Notes: a model not told the origin generated them from the letters alone. Shown: positions 1 through 11,498, counted from the first letter of the stretch. The stretch: DNA of 64,000 bases from an uncultured Planctomycetaceae bacterium (GCA_963785305.1 CAWAUV010000004.1:1-64000); one strand, 5' to 3'. Numbers and translations are program-made.

Positions 1-557
1 ATACGGTTTTGTTTCTGCATTGTACTTGGTTCGGTTCGTATTCCTCTTCCTTATTGCCCACACAATAAAACAACAACTCAGTTGTGCAATTAACCCTCGG
101 CTTTGCAGGCAGGGCGACGAAGAATATGCTTGCAGCCCAGACCTTCCCGGGCGTGTCGTAAAAGGCGACTAAAGAAGGGGAAGGGGTTCTTTGCTTGGCC
201 CCGAGGCAAAGAACCGGACTGCAATAGTCTTTGATACTACACGCGGTCCTTAAACTCCCAAAAACCACCACCACCACCAATTAACCTTCTATCTGCCACA
301 AACGATAGTGCTGCCATTATTCATAATTTAATGACTGAAGTCTAGCCTATTGTTGTTCAGTTGTTAGACGCACAATATGTGTGTGATGTGTATGTATGTG
401 GTGTATGCATGTGGTGCGTGTGTGTGGTTTGTGTATGTGGTGCGTGTGTGTGGTGCATGGTGCGGTGCGGTGTGTGATGCATGGTGCGGTGCACGTGTGT
501 GGTGCATGTGTGTGGTGCATGATATGATGTGTGGTGCGTGGTGCGGTGCATGGAATG
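1..557. other. Foreign low-GC segment (probable chimeric contig end or non-bacterial DNA)
   Basis: Composition is much more AT-rich than the rest of the window, there is no credible ORF, and it abuts the middle of an aminotransferase reading frame at ~558. Confidence 0.75.
378..556. repeat. GT-rich low-complexity, microsatellite-like tract
   Basis: Degenerate units such as gtgtgtggtgcat and ggtgcggtgc. Confidence 0.9.
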
Positions 558-1594
558 AACGATGTGATCCTGCTTAGTAGTTCGGGTAGCGGGGCGATGG
601 AAGCCGCCGTGGTGAATTTTGCCCCGCGCGGAGCAAAGTGATTGTGCTCGAAGGCGGCGCGTTTGCCGCCCGTTGGACCCACATTGCCCGAGCTTTTGGC
701 ATCGCGGTGGTCCGGCTCGAAGTTCCTTGGGGCCGGGCAATCGAACCGGCTGAAGTGGCGGCGATCCTTAACGAACACCGCGACGCCGTGGCCGTGTTTG
801 GGACTCTCATGGAAAGCAGCACCGGAGTGGCCCACGATATCGAGGCGATCGGCCGCGTGGTGAAGCCGACCGGCGCGTTATTCATCGTCGATGCGATCAG
901 CGGCGCCGGATGCGTCGCATGCGAAACCGACGCCTGGGGCATTGATGTGCTGGTCGTGGGTTCGCAAAAAGCGCTGATGTTGCCGCCCGGCCTCGCGTTT
1001 CTCGGCGTGAGCGAGGCCGCTTGGCGCCGGCTCGACGAATACGAGCCCTCGGCCTTTTACTTCAATCTGAAACACTATCGGGCCAATCTCCGCGGATTCA
1101 AGCCTGGCGAAGGTCCCGACACGCCCTGGTCACCGGCGGTGTCGCTCGTCGTGGCGCTGGCCGAATGCTTGCGATTGATCCGGGCCGAGGGCGTCGAGGC
1201 GATTTGGCGACGTTGCGATCGCTTGGGCCGCGCGACCCGGGCCGGTGTCGCGGCGCTGGGGCTCGAGCCTTTCGCCGAGCGGCCGGCCGCCGGCATGACC
1301 GCCGTGCGGTTTCCGCGGCCAACCAAGATCGATTCGCCCACGGGCTTCGATGGCGGCGCCATGCTTCGTCGGCTGGAAAGTCGGTTCGGATTGAAATTGG
1401 CCGCCGGGCAAGTGCGGCTCAAGGGCCACATCTTTCGGATAGCCCATTTTGGCCAGATCGACGAGCTCGATATTCTTTCGACTCTGGCGGCGCTTGAAAT
1501 CGTGCTGGTGGAGATGGGTCGCGAAGTGAAACTCGGCGCGGCGGTGGCGGCGGCGAGCGCGGTGCTGATCGAGCGCGATCAGCAGGGCGGCTGA
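558..1594 (+). CDS. Class-V PLP aminotransferase (alanine-glyoxylate/serine-pyruvate family), 5'-truncated, frameshift ~637
   Basis: NDVILLSSSGSGAMEAAVVN reads from 558, then ORF 638..1594 with ESSTGV, IVDAIS and GSQKALMLPPGL (PLP lysine). Confidence 0.9.
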
Positions 1595-1729
1595 TGGCGC
1601 CCGGCGCCTGCGACAAAGCGTCGCCGGCCGACGCGGCCATGGAAAGAGGATAGGCCGATCCGTCGCCCAGAAGCTGGCGGCGGATCGGCCTTTCTCGTCG
1701 GATCGGAAAGACGATCGAAGTCGGCTGGA

Positions 1730-1852
1730 CTACTTCTTGGCAGCCTTCTTGCCGGCAGCCTTCTTGTGCGACCGCGTGGCCGACTTCTTGGTCTTCGGCG
1801 ACGGGGCAGCCTTCTTGGTCGACTTCTTCACGCTCTTCTTGCTGGTGGCCAT
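1730..1852 (-). CDS. 40-aa Lys/Ala-rich histone H1-like protein (not in ORF track)
   Basis: MATSKKSVKKSTKKAAPSPKTKKSATRSHKKAAGKKAAKK*; AGGAG upstream of the ATG; all Lys codons are AAG. Confidence 0.8.
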   Translation of the reverse strand: MATSKKSVKKSTKKAAPSPKTKKSATRSHKKAAGKKAAKK

Positions 1853-2178
1853 TCGATGGCTCCTGATTGACTCGACGCCCAATACGCAACCGCGAACCGT
1901 TCGTATCCCTCGAGGGCGTCTTCGCGAGGGTCACTACACCGCCTGCGCCCGGCGATCATGGCCGGCAAATTCGCACAGGGGGCGAAACTCTAGGTGAATC
2001 TGTCGAATGCGTCAACCTTAACGATTGTCTCGACGGGGGAAGTTATCGTGTTTCTATCGCCCGACGCTTGAAATAAATTCGCTCGACGCGCGAAAAAACC
2101 ACGGAATCCATTCGCCCCAGCCGCGACAACCACCCACGGAGTCGCGAGCGCCGGCGCCACGCGGACCGTTCGCTCGCC

Positions 2179-2206
2179 TTGCGACATTGGACGCCCCGCC
2201 TATAAT
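2179..2206 (+). promoter_or_regulatory. Putative sigma-70 promoter upstream of nuoI
   Basis: TTGCGA-16 nt-TATAAT in an intergenic region. Confidence 0.5.
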
Positions 2207-2359
2207 TCCCACGGACGAACGATCCGCGAGCCAGCGAATGCAAACGTGGAGAGCCGGCGCCTCGCGGCAATTCCATGCCGCGGCGGGGAAATTCCCCGGA
2301 GCGGTTTGATTTTGCGGCGCGGACCGGATATCTCGGATTAATCTTGGAGCACTGGGACG

Positions 2360-2899
2360 ATGCGCGACTGGGTGAAGAACATCGTCGATGCGGTTTCCAC
2401 CGTGGCCCACGGTCTCTGGGTCACGATGCGCACTTGGCTCGCAACCTATCGCCGAGATCGAAAAACGTTTACCGAGAGATTCGAATACCCCGAACTGCCG
2501 GTTCCGGTGGCGGCTCGCTATCGCGGTTTTCACCGCTTTGATCTCACGACCTGTATCGCCTGCGATCAATGCGCGAAGGTCTGTCCGGTCGATTGCATTT
2601 ATATTGGCAAGGAGCGAGTCGCCGGCGGCAAAGGCTTTCGTGTGACTGGGTTTACGATCGATTACTCGAAGTGCATGTTTTGTGCGTTGTGCGTCGAACC
2701 GTGTCCCGTGGATTGCATTTTCATGGGCGCCACGCATGATTTGAGTGGTTACAGCCGCGATGGCGGGCTCGTCGATTTTTCCCGCTTGCCCGTCGAAGTC
2801 GCTTGGGGCCGCTCGACCTTGAACCCGATGGCGGTCGCGGCGTCGAAAACCGTGGTCGATCCGGTGCATGGCGGCCCGTTTCAGCCCGAACAAAATTGA
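2360..2899 (+). CDS. nuoI: NADH-quinone oxidoreductase subunit I-like 2x[4Fe-4S] protein
   Basis: YPE...RYRGFH, CIACDQCAKVCP and FTIDYSKCMFCALCVEPCP; GGAG RBS. Confidence 0.85.
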   Translation: MRDWVKNIVDAVSTVAHGLWVTMRTWLATYRRDRKTFTERFEYPELPVPVAARYRGFHRFDLTTCIACDQCAKVCPVDCIYIGKERVAGGKGFRVTGFTIDYSKCMFCALCVEPCPVDCIFMGATHDLSGYSRDGGLVDFSRLPVEVAWGRSTLNPMAVAASKTVVDPVHGGPFQPEQN

Positions 2900-2951
2900 G
2901 CGGCGCCGCGCCGAGTCGAAAAAATATTCCATCTCTCGAAGGACAACTCCC

Positions 2952-3455
2952 ATGTCGGCCGACAAATCGTCTTCGCAGCCGCCCAAACCGTCCTCCGAGC
3001 GATCGCCGCTCGAGGATTATCGTCCCAAACGGCTATTCACGGTCGAGCAGGCCAACGCCGTGTTGCCGCTGGCTCGGGCAATCGTTCGTGATTTGGCCCA
3101 GCTTTCCCAAGAAGTGATCGAACGGCGCGAACGACTCGGCCATTTGGCGGCCGGCAGGCCGGGCGCGATCAACGACGTATATCGGCAAGAGGTCGCGCAG
3201 ATCGAACAAGAACTCGAAAAAGACACGGTCCGCCTCAAGGAATACATCGAAGAATTGCGGGAATTGGGTGTCGAACCGAAGAACGGCCCAGAGGGGCTCA
3301 TCGACTTTCCGGCTGTGATCGAAGGTCGGCTCGTGTTTTTGTGCTGGAAGCTGGGCGAAGCTCAGGTGCAGCATTGGCACGAGCTCGACGCGGGCTTCGC
3401 TGGCCGGCGAAAGCTCGACCCCAGGCCGCGCCTCGCCACGGGTCCGGTTGGCTAG
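2952..3455 (+). CDS. DUF2203-family protein
   Basis: FTVEQANAVLP, GLIDFP, LCWKLGE and WHELDAGFAGRR motifs. Confidence 0.85.
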   Translation: MSADKSSSQPPKPSSERSPLEDYRPKRLFTVEQANAVLPLARAIVRDLAQLSQEVIERRERLGHLAAGRPGAINDVYRQEVAQIEQELEKDTVRLKEYIEELRELGVEPKNGPEGLIDFPAVIEGRLVFLCWKLGEAQVQHWHELDAGFAGRRKLDPRPRLATGPVG

Positions 3456-3648
3456 ATCGACGCGCGCCGCGGGCCCGCAACGTTCGGCTGCCCCTTCGCG
3501 CGCGGGCGGCGCACGGTTCACCTACCGCCTTTCGGCCCCACGCGGCTCTTCGGTTCGATCGACCTGCTAGCTTCGCACTGTTTACTTGAAACGCACGTCC
3601 GCTCGTCGCCTTTCCAGAAGCATTCCCCAAAGTCGAGGAGCTTCCCCC

Positions 3649-5851
3649 TTGGTGGATTCCCATTCCGCATCGTCGTCGGTGAATGATTCCCCGGACGGCG
3701 CCACCGCCACGCTGGCGTTTGGTCCGGCCGATCTGGCGATCATCACGCTCGACGACCCCCGCAAGAGCGCCAATGTGCTCTCGCGCCGCGTGCTCGATGA
3801 ACTCGATCGCATCTTGACCCAACTGGCCGACCGCGAGGATTTGGTCGGAGTGGTGATTCGCTCGGGCAAACCCGGCTCGTTTATCGTGGGGGCCGATCTG
3901 CGCGAGTTTGCCGCCTCGCTCGATGCGCCGCAGGCCGAAATCGTGGCAATGTGCCAACATGGCCGGCGGCTCTTCCAGCGGCTCTCGCAATTGCCCTGTG
4001 TCACGATCGCGGCGATCGATGGGATTTGCGTCGGCGGGGGAGCCGAACTGGCCATTTGGTGCGACCGGCGGATCATGGCCGACGACGCGAAAGCCCAATT
4101 CGGCTTTCCCGAGGTCAAGCTCGGACTCTTTCCCGGATGGGGCGGCACGGCGCGCTCGGCCCGGATCGTGGGGATGTCGAATGCCGTGGAACTGGTCACG
4201 GGCGGTGAATCGATCGGCGCCCGGGCAGCCGCGGCCATGGGGCTCGCCACCGATGTCGTGCCGCGCGATCAGTTGCTCGCGGCGGCCGAAGCCATGGCTC
4301 GCTCCGAGCACGCCTCGCGTCAATTCGAGCGCGACCGCCAGCGCTGGGCCGGACCGGCGGTGATGGACGAAACCGAGCTCATGTTCCTGGGCGCCGCCGC
4401 CTCGGCCTACATTCAGCAGCAAACCCACGGCCAGTATCCGGCTCCGAGCGCGGCGCTCGAAACAATGCTCGAAGCGGCCTCGGGCGATCTGGAATCGGCC
4501 TGCCAACTCGAAGCCGAGCGAATGAGCACGCTTTTCGGCTCGCCCGTGAATCGGGCGCTCGATCAATGTGTTTTTCCTCACCGATCGCAACAAGAAAGAC
4601 ACCGGCATCGATTCGCCTGGGAGTTCGGTCGAACCGCGGGCAATCGGCGCCGTGGCCGTGATCGGCGCCGGCATCATGGGACAAGGCATCGCGGCGGCCA
4701 ACGTGAAGCGTTCGATCCGGGTGGCGCTCGCCGACGCGGCGCCCGAGGCGCTCGCCCGTGGTGTGCGGCAGACGCTTGAAGAAGTTTCGTACAACAAAGA
4801 GACCAAAGGGCCCGACGCCCAGCGGGCGATCGCATTCGCGCCCTTTCTCCGTTCGAGCACGAGCGAAGCCGAAATCGCGGGCAACGATCTCGTGATCGAA
4901 GCCATCATTGAAAACGCCGACATCAAGAAATCGGTCTATCAACGGATCGAGCCGCAATTGGCGCCCGAGGCGATTCTGGCGTCGAACACATCAACGATCG
5001 AAATCGGTCGGCTGGCGGCGGCGCTCAAGCGGCCCGAGAGATTCGTCGGGCTGCATTTTTTCAATCCGGTGCGGAAGATGCCGCTGGTCGAGATTATTCG
5101 CGGTCCGAAGACAAGCGACGCCACCGTGGCCAGCGTGGTCGCATATGCCAAGCGGCTTGGCAAGTCGCCGATCGTGGTACACGACGGGCCCGGTTTTCTT
5201 GTGAATCGGCTGCTGTTGCCGTTTTTGAATGAAGCCCTGGAACTGATATCCGACGGGGCTCCGATCAAGCAGATCGAGAAAGCCTCGCGTGACTTCGGCA
5301 TGCCGATGGGGCCGCTGGCGCTCTACGACATGGTGGGAATCGACACCTCGTTTTACGCGGGCCGCGTGATGTGGGAAGCGTTTCCCGACCGCATCACCGC
5401 TTCGCCGATCCTACCCGCGCTGATTAAAGCCGGGCGGCTGGGCCAAAAGTCGGGCGCGGGATTCTTTGCCTACAAAGACGCCAAGAGCCGCGGCGACGCC
5501 GACCCGGCGCTCGACAAGCTGCTCAGCCCCTATGTGCGCGGCTCGCGTCCGTTTAGCCAGGAGGAAATCACGCATCGCATGTTTTTGCCGATGGTGCTCG
5601 AGGCCACGCGAATACTCAGCGCCAAGCTGGTGCGCGATGTGCGCGACGTGGACCTGGGCGTGATCTTCGGACTCGGCTTTCCGCCCTTTCGCGGCGGCCT
5701 TTTGTTTTGGGCCGACACGCTCGGCGCCGCCAAGATCATCGAGTTGCTAAAACCACTCGCGCCGCTCGGCGAACGGATGCGGCCGACCCCAATGCTCGAG
5801 GACATGGCCAAGACCGGCCGCAAATTTTACGACGCGGCGCGAGCAGGGTGA
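3649..5851 (+). CDS. fadB: Fatty-acid oxidation complex alpha subunit (enoyl-CoA hydratase/3-hydroxyacyl-CoA dehydrogenase), frameshift ~4561
   Basis: Crotonase motifs GADL, GGGAEL and FPEVKLGLFPGWGG in ORF 3586; GAGIMG, ASNTSTI and GLHFFNPV in ORF 4568; one extra G joins the two frames. Confidence 0.9.
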
Positions 5852-5952
5852 TATTCGGGAAGGGACTTTGCCGCGAACGAATATTAATAATACTGAAGAC
5901 ACGGAATGGAGCAGGGATTAACTCGGCGCCGAGTGTCGGCCCCCTCCATCAC

Positions 5953-5972
5953 GACCCGAAACGCGAGCGAGG
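5953..5972. repeat. Single arm of a REP-like element related to the hairpin at 15581
   Basis: gacccgaaacgcgagcgagg resembles gacgcgcgagcgaggg. Confidence 0.4.
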
Positions 5973-6084
5973 GCAGCGAACGTATTTGATCCCGGCTTCA
6001 ATCCTCTTCGAGAAGCGATGGCAGCCGCTTCCGGCCGCTTCGTTTTACTTGCTCAACTAAAAAACTCGCTACTTGAAAACAGCC

Positions 6085-7241
6085 ATGAAAAACGCCGTCA
6101 TCATCGAAGGGCTTCGCACTCCAATCGGTCGGGCCCATCGCGACAAGGGTTTCTTTCGCGATGTGCGGAGCGACGATCTGGCCGTGGCCGTGATCCGGGC
6201 GCTCGTCGAACGCACTGGAATCGATCCTTCGGCGATCGAAGATGTGGTGCTCGGCAATACTCAGCAGCAAGGCGAACAGGGGCTCAACGTGGCCCGCACC
6301 GTGGCGCTCATGGCCGGCATTGCCTCTTCGAGCGGCGGCGCCACGATCAATCGCCTGTGCGGTTCGAGCTTGCAAGCGCTCAATCAGGCGTCGCATGCGA
6401 TCGCGGCCGGCGGCGAAGATGTGCAGATCGTGGGCGGACTGGAACACATGCAGCATCTGCCGATGGACGCCGGCATCGACCTGAACCCCAAGCTATTTCA
6501 GGTCACGAGCAAAGCGGCGCTCATGATGGGAGTGACCGCCGAGTTTCTCGCCCAGTCGCAAGGCATTTCTCGCGAGGATCAAGATAAGTTCGCCTTGGCA
6601 AGCCATCTCAAGGCCGCCGCTGCCCAGGCGAGCGGAAAATTTGCCCGCGAAATCGTGCCGGTTTGGGGACGCGACGCCGAGGGCCGGCGAACCCTGCTCG
6701 ACTACGACCAGTGCGTGCGGCCCGACGCCAGCCTCGCCGCGCTCGCCGCCCTCAAGCCAGCCTTCATGCCGGGCCTGGGCACGGTGACGGCCGGCAACAG
6801 CTCGCCGCTCAACGACGGCGCCGCGGCGCTGTTGATGATGAGCGAGGAAAAAGCGCGGTCGCTGGGCCTCAAGCCGCTGGTGAGAGTCGTGGCCACGGCC
6901 GTGGCCGGAGTCGAACCCTCGGTGATGGGAACCGGCCCTGTTCCGGCCACTCGCAAAGCGCTGGCCCGAGCCGGCATGAACCTGGCCGATATCGATCTGA
7001 TCGAGCTCAACGAAGCTTTTGCCTCGCAATCGCTCGCCTGCATGCGTATGCTGGAGCTCGATCCGGAAAAGGTCAATGTGCGCGGCGGGGCGATCGCGAT
7101 CGGGCACCCGCTGGGCGCCTCGGCGCTCGCATCGCCACCACGCTCATTCACGCCATGGTCGATCGCAATGCCTCGATCGGTCTCGCCACGATGTGCATCG
7201 GCGTCGGCCAGGGAATCGCCACGATCTTCGAGCGTGTCTGA
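6085..7241 (+). CDS. fadA: Acetyl-CoA C-acyltransferase (thiolase), frameshift ~7120
   Basis: [26 protein letters not shown], then GARIATTL...CIGVGQG in the adjacent frame. Confidence 0.92.
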
Positions 7242-7346
7242 TTCAAACGTGGCCGCGTGGCGCCGGGGCGAGCTCGCATGACCCGGGCGGATTGCGTCCG
7301 CCGGATCGCGGCTCTCATTCATCACATCCTTCGAGGGGAGTTTTCC

Positions 7347-8134
7347 ATGCACATGGTGATCGCATGTTTGGCTGGCTTGGTGGGCGCATCGGCCCCGCCG
7401 GAAGATATCGTCAAGCTGTTCGAGGAACGAACCGTCGTTTACTCGGGCGGCGACTACAACGACGAAACGTTCAAATGGCGGCTCCTCGCGCCGAATCGAT
7501 CGAGCCGGGCAAGAAGTACCCGGTAGTGCTGTTTCTCCACGGCGCGGGCGAGCGCGGCGACGACAATATCATGCAACTCAAACATTTTCCGGTCGTGATG
7601 GCCACCAGCGAAAATCGAGCGAAGTATCCATGCTTTCTCATCGCTCCGCAGTGCCGCTCGGGCAAGAAGTGGGCCGATGTGAACTGGGCCGCCAAAGGCT
7701 CCGAGCCGATGCCCGCCAAGCCGAGCCATCAAATGCAGGTGGCGGTCACGTGTCTTGACCAGGTGCTAGCCGAGAAGCCGGTCGATCTCGACCGCGTGTA
7801 TCTCACCGGCCTCTCGATGGGCGGCTACGGAAGCTGGGACCTTGCCGAACGCATGCCCGAGATTTTCGCGGCCGTGGCGCCGATCTGCGGCGGCGGCGAC
7901 GACCAACGCGCCGACCGCTTGGTCCATCTTCCGATCTGGGCATGGCACGGCGACAAAGACCCGGCGGTGCCGGTAGTGCGTTCGCGAGAGATGATCGCGG
8001 CGATCGAAAAAGCGGGCGGCCATCCGAAATACACGGAACTACCCGGGGTGGGCCACGACAGTTGGGTGCAAGCCTACCAGAGCCCCGACGGAGTGCTGCC
8101 TTGGATGTTTGCCCAAAAGCGCGAGCAGAAATAG
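7347..8134 (+). CDS. Secreted alpha/beta hydrolase (carboxylesterase/predicted peptidase), frameshift ~7490
   Basis: Signal-like N-terminus; [25 protein letters not shown] and GVGHDSW. Confidence 0.85.
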
Positions 8135-8505
8135 ATACGCGGCATGCGAGCGCGGCGCTCCGTTATTTCGGCGGCGGATCGGAGAGACCGGTGGCGCGGT
8201 TGAAACCACCGGTGCGGTTGGTTCTCGGCCATTGGGTTAGCGCTACAGGGCGCCCTCCGGCGCGGAGTCTGGCCGCGATGGTCGATGCTGTGGCGTGGGA
8301 GGAGCTCCTCCAGTTGCAAAACGACGCCTTTTCCCGGCATTCCGCGAGATTTCGGAATAACTTCGCCCGAAATCCGAATACTGGCGGATTGCTGGCATGC
8401 CATGTGCATTCTTAGGGATTCGTAAACTTTGATGGTGGCTTGGCGAGCTCGGTTCCGAGCGGCGTCGCGCCTCGAATATTTCCGAATTTCCGAGGGAGTT
8501 TGCCC

Positions 8506-10262
8506 ATGCGCCGCGCAGCCCATTGCGATTTCCGCCGTCGACTTGTCTCGCTCGCGAAGTCCCTGGTCGCGGCGGGCGTTGTGCTCGGTTCGCTCGCAGC
8601 TGACACACGGGCCGCCGCGCCGCAATCGACTTCGCCTCCCTCGCGTCGCGCCGACACTGCGACTTTCACCGGTCTGCCGGTTCGATCGTGGCTCGACCGG
8701 TCGGGGAATCGTCATGCTCAAGCTCGGCTCACGGGCCTTGATGGCGACATGGCGCATTTCAAAACCGCCGATGGCCGGTCGGTGCGAACACAACTCGATC
8801 GCCTGAGTCCCGACGATCAAACCTATGTTCGGCAAGCGGCGTTGAACGCGAACTCGGAGCCCGATCGGCCAGCAACGACACCTTCTAGCGCCAATACAAC
8901 CGGCGTTCCCGCGACGGCCGATTCCAGTTCGACCGCCGCGGGCAATGTGGTCCACGAATTCGTTGAAAGCCAGTTCGCGGGCAGCCAGCTTCTCAAGTGG
9001 CTCGGCGCTTCGGGCGTCGAACATCTTGTGGGAATTTGGGCCGGGGCGTCGAACGAGCCGCTGCCTGAAAATGTCGTTTACGCGCGGGTAAGCCGCAAAG
9101 TGATGAATCGATTCGTCGCCCGTCCGATCAAAAAAACCGGGCCTGTTGTCGACACCGTGCTTGGCGCCGCGGTTGGCGGCCGTTCGGTGACCACCGGCCA
9201 CACGGAGCTCGTGCTATTGCCCAACAAGGATCATGCGGTCGGCGAGATTGGTCTCACGACCGATGTGTCGCTCGACACCATTGCCACTCAGTCGCCCGTG
9301 CATATTTTCAGTCGCGGGCATACGCGGGTGCGGGCGGGACGGCCGATCACATTCGATGGCCGTGATCTGGTCGTCGGCAAGGTTTGGGCCAAGGCCCACT
9401 GCGAGAGCGTGACCACGGGTATCACCTCCGACCTGTGGCTCCTGAACGGTCCGGCGGTCCGCATCGCGGCTCGCCGGGTAGCCGAGGACAAGGCCCAAGT
9501 CGACGCGATCACCGCCGCGCACGCGGAAGCGAAAGTCCGCGCCCAGTTCGCGCGCGATTCCGCGCGAGAATTGGCCGTGCTTCAGAAGGCCATGGCGGAT
9601 CAAACGGCTGCCCTGTCTCGCGATCCCGCGCTGGGCGACTTTGGCATCCGCTGCGCGACCGAGCCCGAAGCGCTCACCGTGGTGCTCTTGCGCGGCCCAA
9701 GCACGATGACGCCCCCCAGACCAATGACGCCAACGCCCCCGCGACACCCTCTGTGAATAGCGTCTTGCATCGCATCGTGGACGTCGCGAAAACCGACTTG
9801 GCAAGCAAGAAGCCTCTCGCCGATTCGGCAACCGCCGGCAAGGTGTCCGCGCCTCCGGCTTGGTCGAAGGATGAGCCGGAGATCGAGCTCTTCGTGCATC
9901 GAGCCTTGGTGTCGAAATACATTCGCGAACCGAAATTCCAGCAGTCCCTACAAATGGTTGCCATTCGTTTGAGCCAGACATTCGCCGGCGGATCGCATCC
10001 CGCGAAATCCGCGGAGCATCGTGCCTCGGAGAGCTCTCCGACCACGAAGCTCACCGCATCCAGTCGCTCGACGTCCGCTCCTCAACCTGCTTGGTTGAAG
10101 GACGTGAAACTCACGGCCGATGGACCGTGGTATCATGTGTGCTGGCGGGCTCCGGCGAACGACCAACCAACGAACACAGCCCCCGGCGGTTCGACGCCCG
10201 GCCAAGAGCGTCCCGATGGCGGCGAGCCAAAAGATAACGCCCGAATCGCTCGAAATCCGTAA
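8506..10262 (+). CDS. Secreted SHD1-domain protein, probable frameshift ~9715
   Basis: Signal peptide, then RSWLDRSGN...FKTADGRSVRTQLDRLSPDDQTYV (SHD1-like); continues in ORF 9384..10262. Confidence 0.65.
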
Positions 10263-10355
10263 TGCGAAGAAATAGTTCCCAGCTTGGGAGAAGGGCGGGG
10301 GTGAAATAGATTGCCAGGGAGGGCGCGACGACAATTTCTTGAGGGGGGTCGACCC

Positions 10356-11294
10356 ATGAACGCCATCGCAACCGAGTCGTGCTGGTCATTTGTTTCCGCG
10401 AAGTATTTGGGCGCGATGTCTATCGCGCTGGCCGCGATCGCATGCTTTCCCGGCGTGGGGCGCGGACAACAATATGAGGTTTGGCGCCCGGCGGCATCGG
10501 TGGTTTACTATCCGCCAGCGTCGGCCACGAGCTATTCCGCTCCAGTCGCCGCGAACAGTTCCGCTTACGACCCGGTTGCCTCTTATGCGCCGGCCACGCT
10601 CGTGGGGCCTTGGCGCGTGGTGGAACCGAGCGCGAACCCCGGCGCCGGTCCGAGCCCCAGCGACCAGCGACCCTCGCTCGCTCCGGTCACCGCGAACAAG
10701 CCGGTTCAAGATTCTCGACCCGCGGCGCGGCGGCAGGTGTGGGTCACTCGCGAGCGCGAAGTCGAGGTCACGGTGCGCAAGCCGGTGTATGAAACCACCG
10801 AGCGTGAGGAACGTCGCACCGTGTGGCGTCCCGTGGTCGAGCGGGGCGAGCGCGAAGAATCCCGCGTGGTGTGCAAGCCGATTCGCGAACGCGTCGAGCG
10901 CGAAGAACAAGTGATTGTCGAGCGGCCGGTCGAAGAGCAAGGCGAAGAGAGCGAAAACGTCACCTCCTATCGCCCCGTGACCACCTACCAAGCGCGTTAT
11001 GCCGGCGATGGCTCGTGGGTGAATCAGCCGGTGGTGAGTTATATGCCCGTCACCGAAACGCAGCGCCGGCCGATCACGACCACGCGTTTTGTGCGTGAAG
11101 TCCAGGTGCGCAAGGTTCCGGTCGACATGGTGCGCTATGTCGAGGAAACGGAAACCCGCAAGGTTCCAATCGAGACCGTGCGCTATGTCGCGGAAGAAGA
11201 GGTCCGCAAGGTTCCGCTTGAAAGCGTGCGGTATGTCGAGGAGCGGCAGGTTCGCAAAGTTCCGATCGAAGTGCTCGAAGACGCTCCGAACTGA
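10356..11294 (+). CDS. Secreted YTV-like repeat protein rich in V/E/R/P
   Basis: Signal-like N-terminus; VRKPVYET-type units and 16-aa tandem repeats of the form VRKVPxExVRYVEE. Confidence 0.75.
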   Translation: MNAIATESCWSFVSAKYLGAMSIALAAIACFPGVGRGQQYEVWRPAASVVYYPPASATSYSAPVAANSSAYDPVASYAPATLVGPWRVVEPSANPGAGPSPSDQRPSLAPVTANKPVQDSRPAARRQVWVTREREVEVTVRKPVYETTEREERRTVWRPVVERGEREESRVVCKPIRERVEREEQVIVERPVEEQGEESENVTSYRPVTTYQARYAGDGSWVNQPVVSYMPVTETQRRPITTTRFVREVQVRKVPVDMVRYVEETETRKVPIETVRYVAEEEVRKVPLESVRYVEERQVRKVPIEVLEDAPN

Positions 11295-11498
11295 ACAACG
11301 GCCCCGCGACTCGCGATTTTTCGCAAGCGCGGCGGCCTCCGATGTGCTTTCTCGACGAAGGCGCCAATAATCTAACGACTCGGTAAGCTCTGGTTGACAA
11401 ACGGCCCGGGCGGCGGTCGGATAGCAGCAGGTCCCTCTTGGTTTCATCCTCGAGCCGAGCCTCTTCTCCTTTGCTGTTCTAACCGAAGGATCGCCACC

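Noticed and set aside
99..215. HDV-like or hammerhead ribozyme
   Set aside because: I could not map the required pseudoknot or catalytic core; only simple hairpins are supported
348..367. ttgttgttcagttgttag as a sequencing-adapter remnant
   Set aside because: Only a short low-complexity resemblance, not a convincing adapter match
347..835. His/Thr-rich ORF on the minus strand and Cys/Val-rich ORF 377..577
   Set aside because: Both are translations of the GT microsatellite and cross or abut the chimeric junction
3649..7241. Programmed frameshifting or pseudogene status for fadB/fadA and other split genes
   Set aside because: Indels are spread across unrelated genes without evident slippery sites or other decay; sequencing error is more parsimonious
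11095..11280. Regularly spaced repeats resembling a CRISPR array
   Set aside because: In-frame 48-nt coding repeats with synonymous variation, no unique spacers and no cas genes
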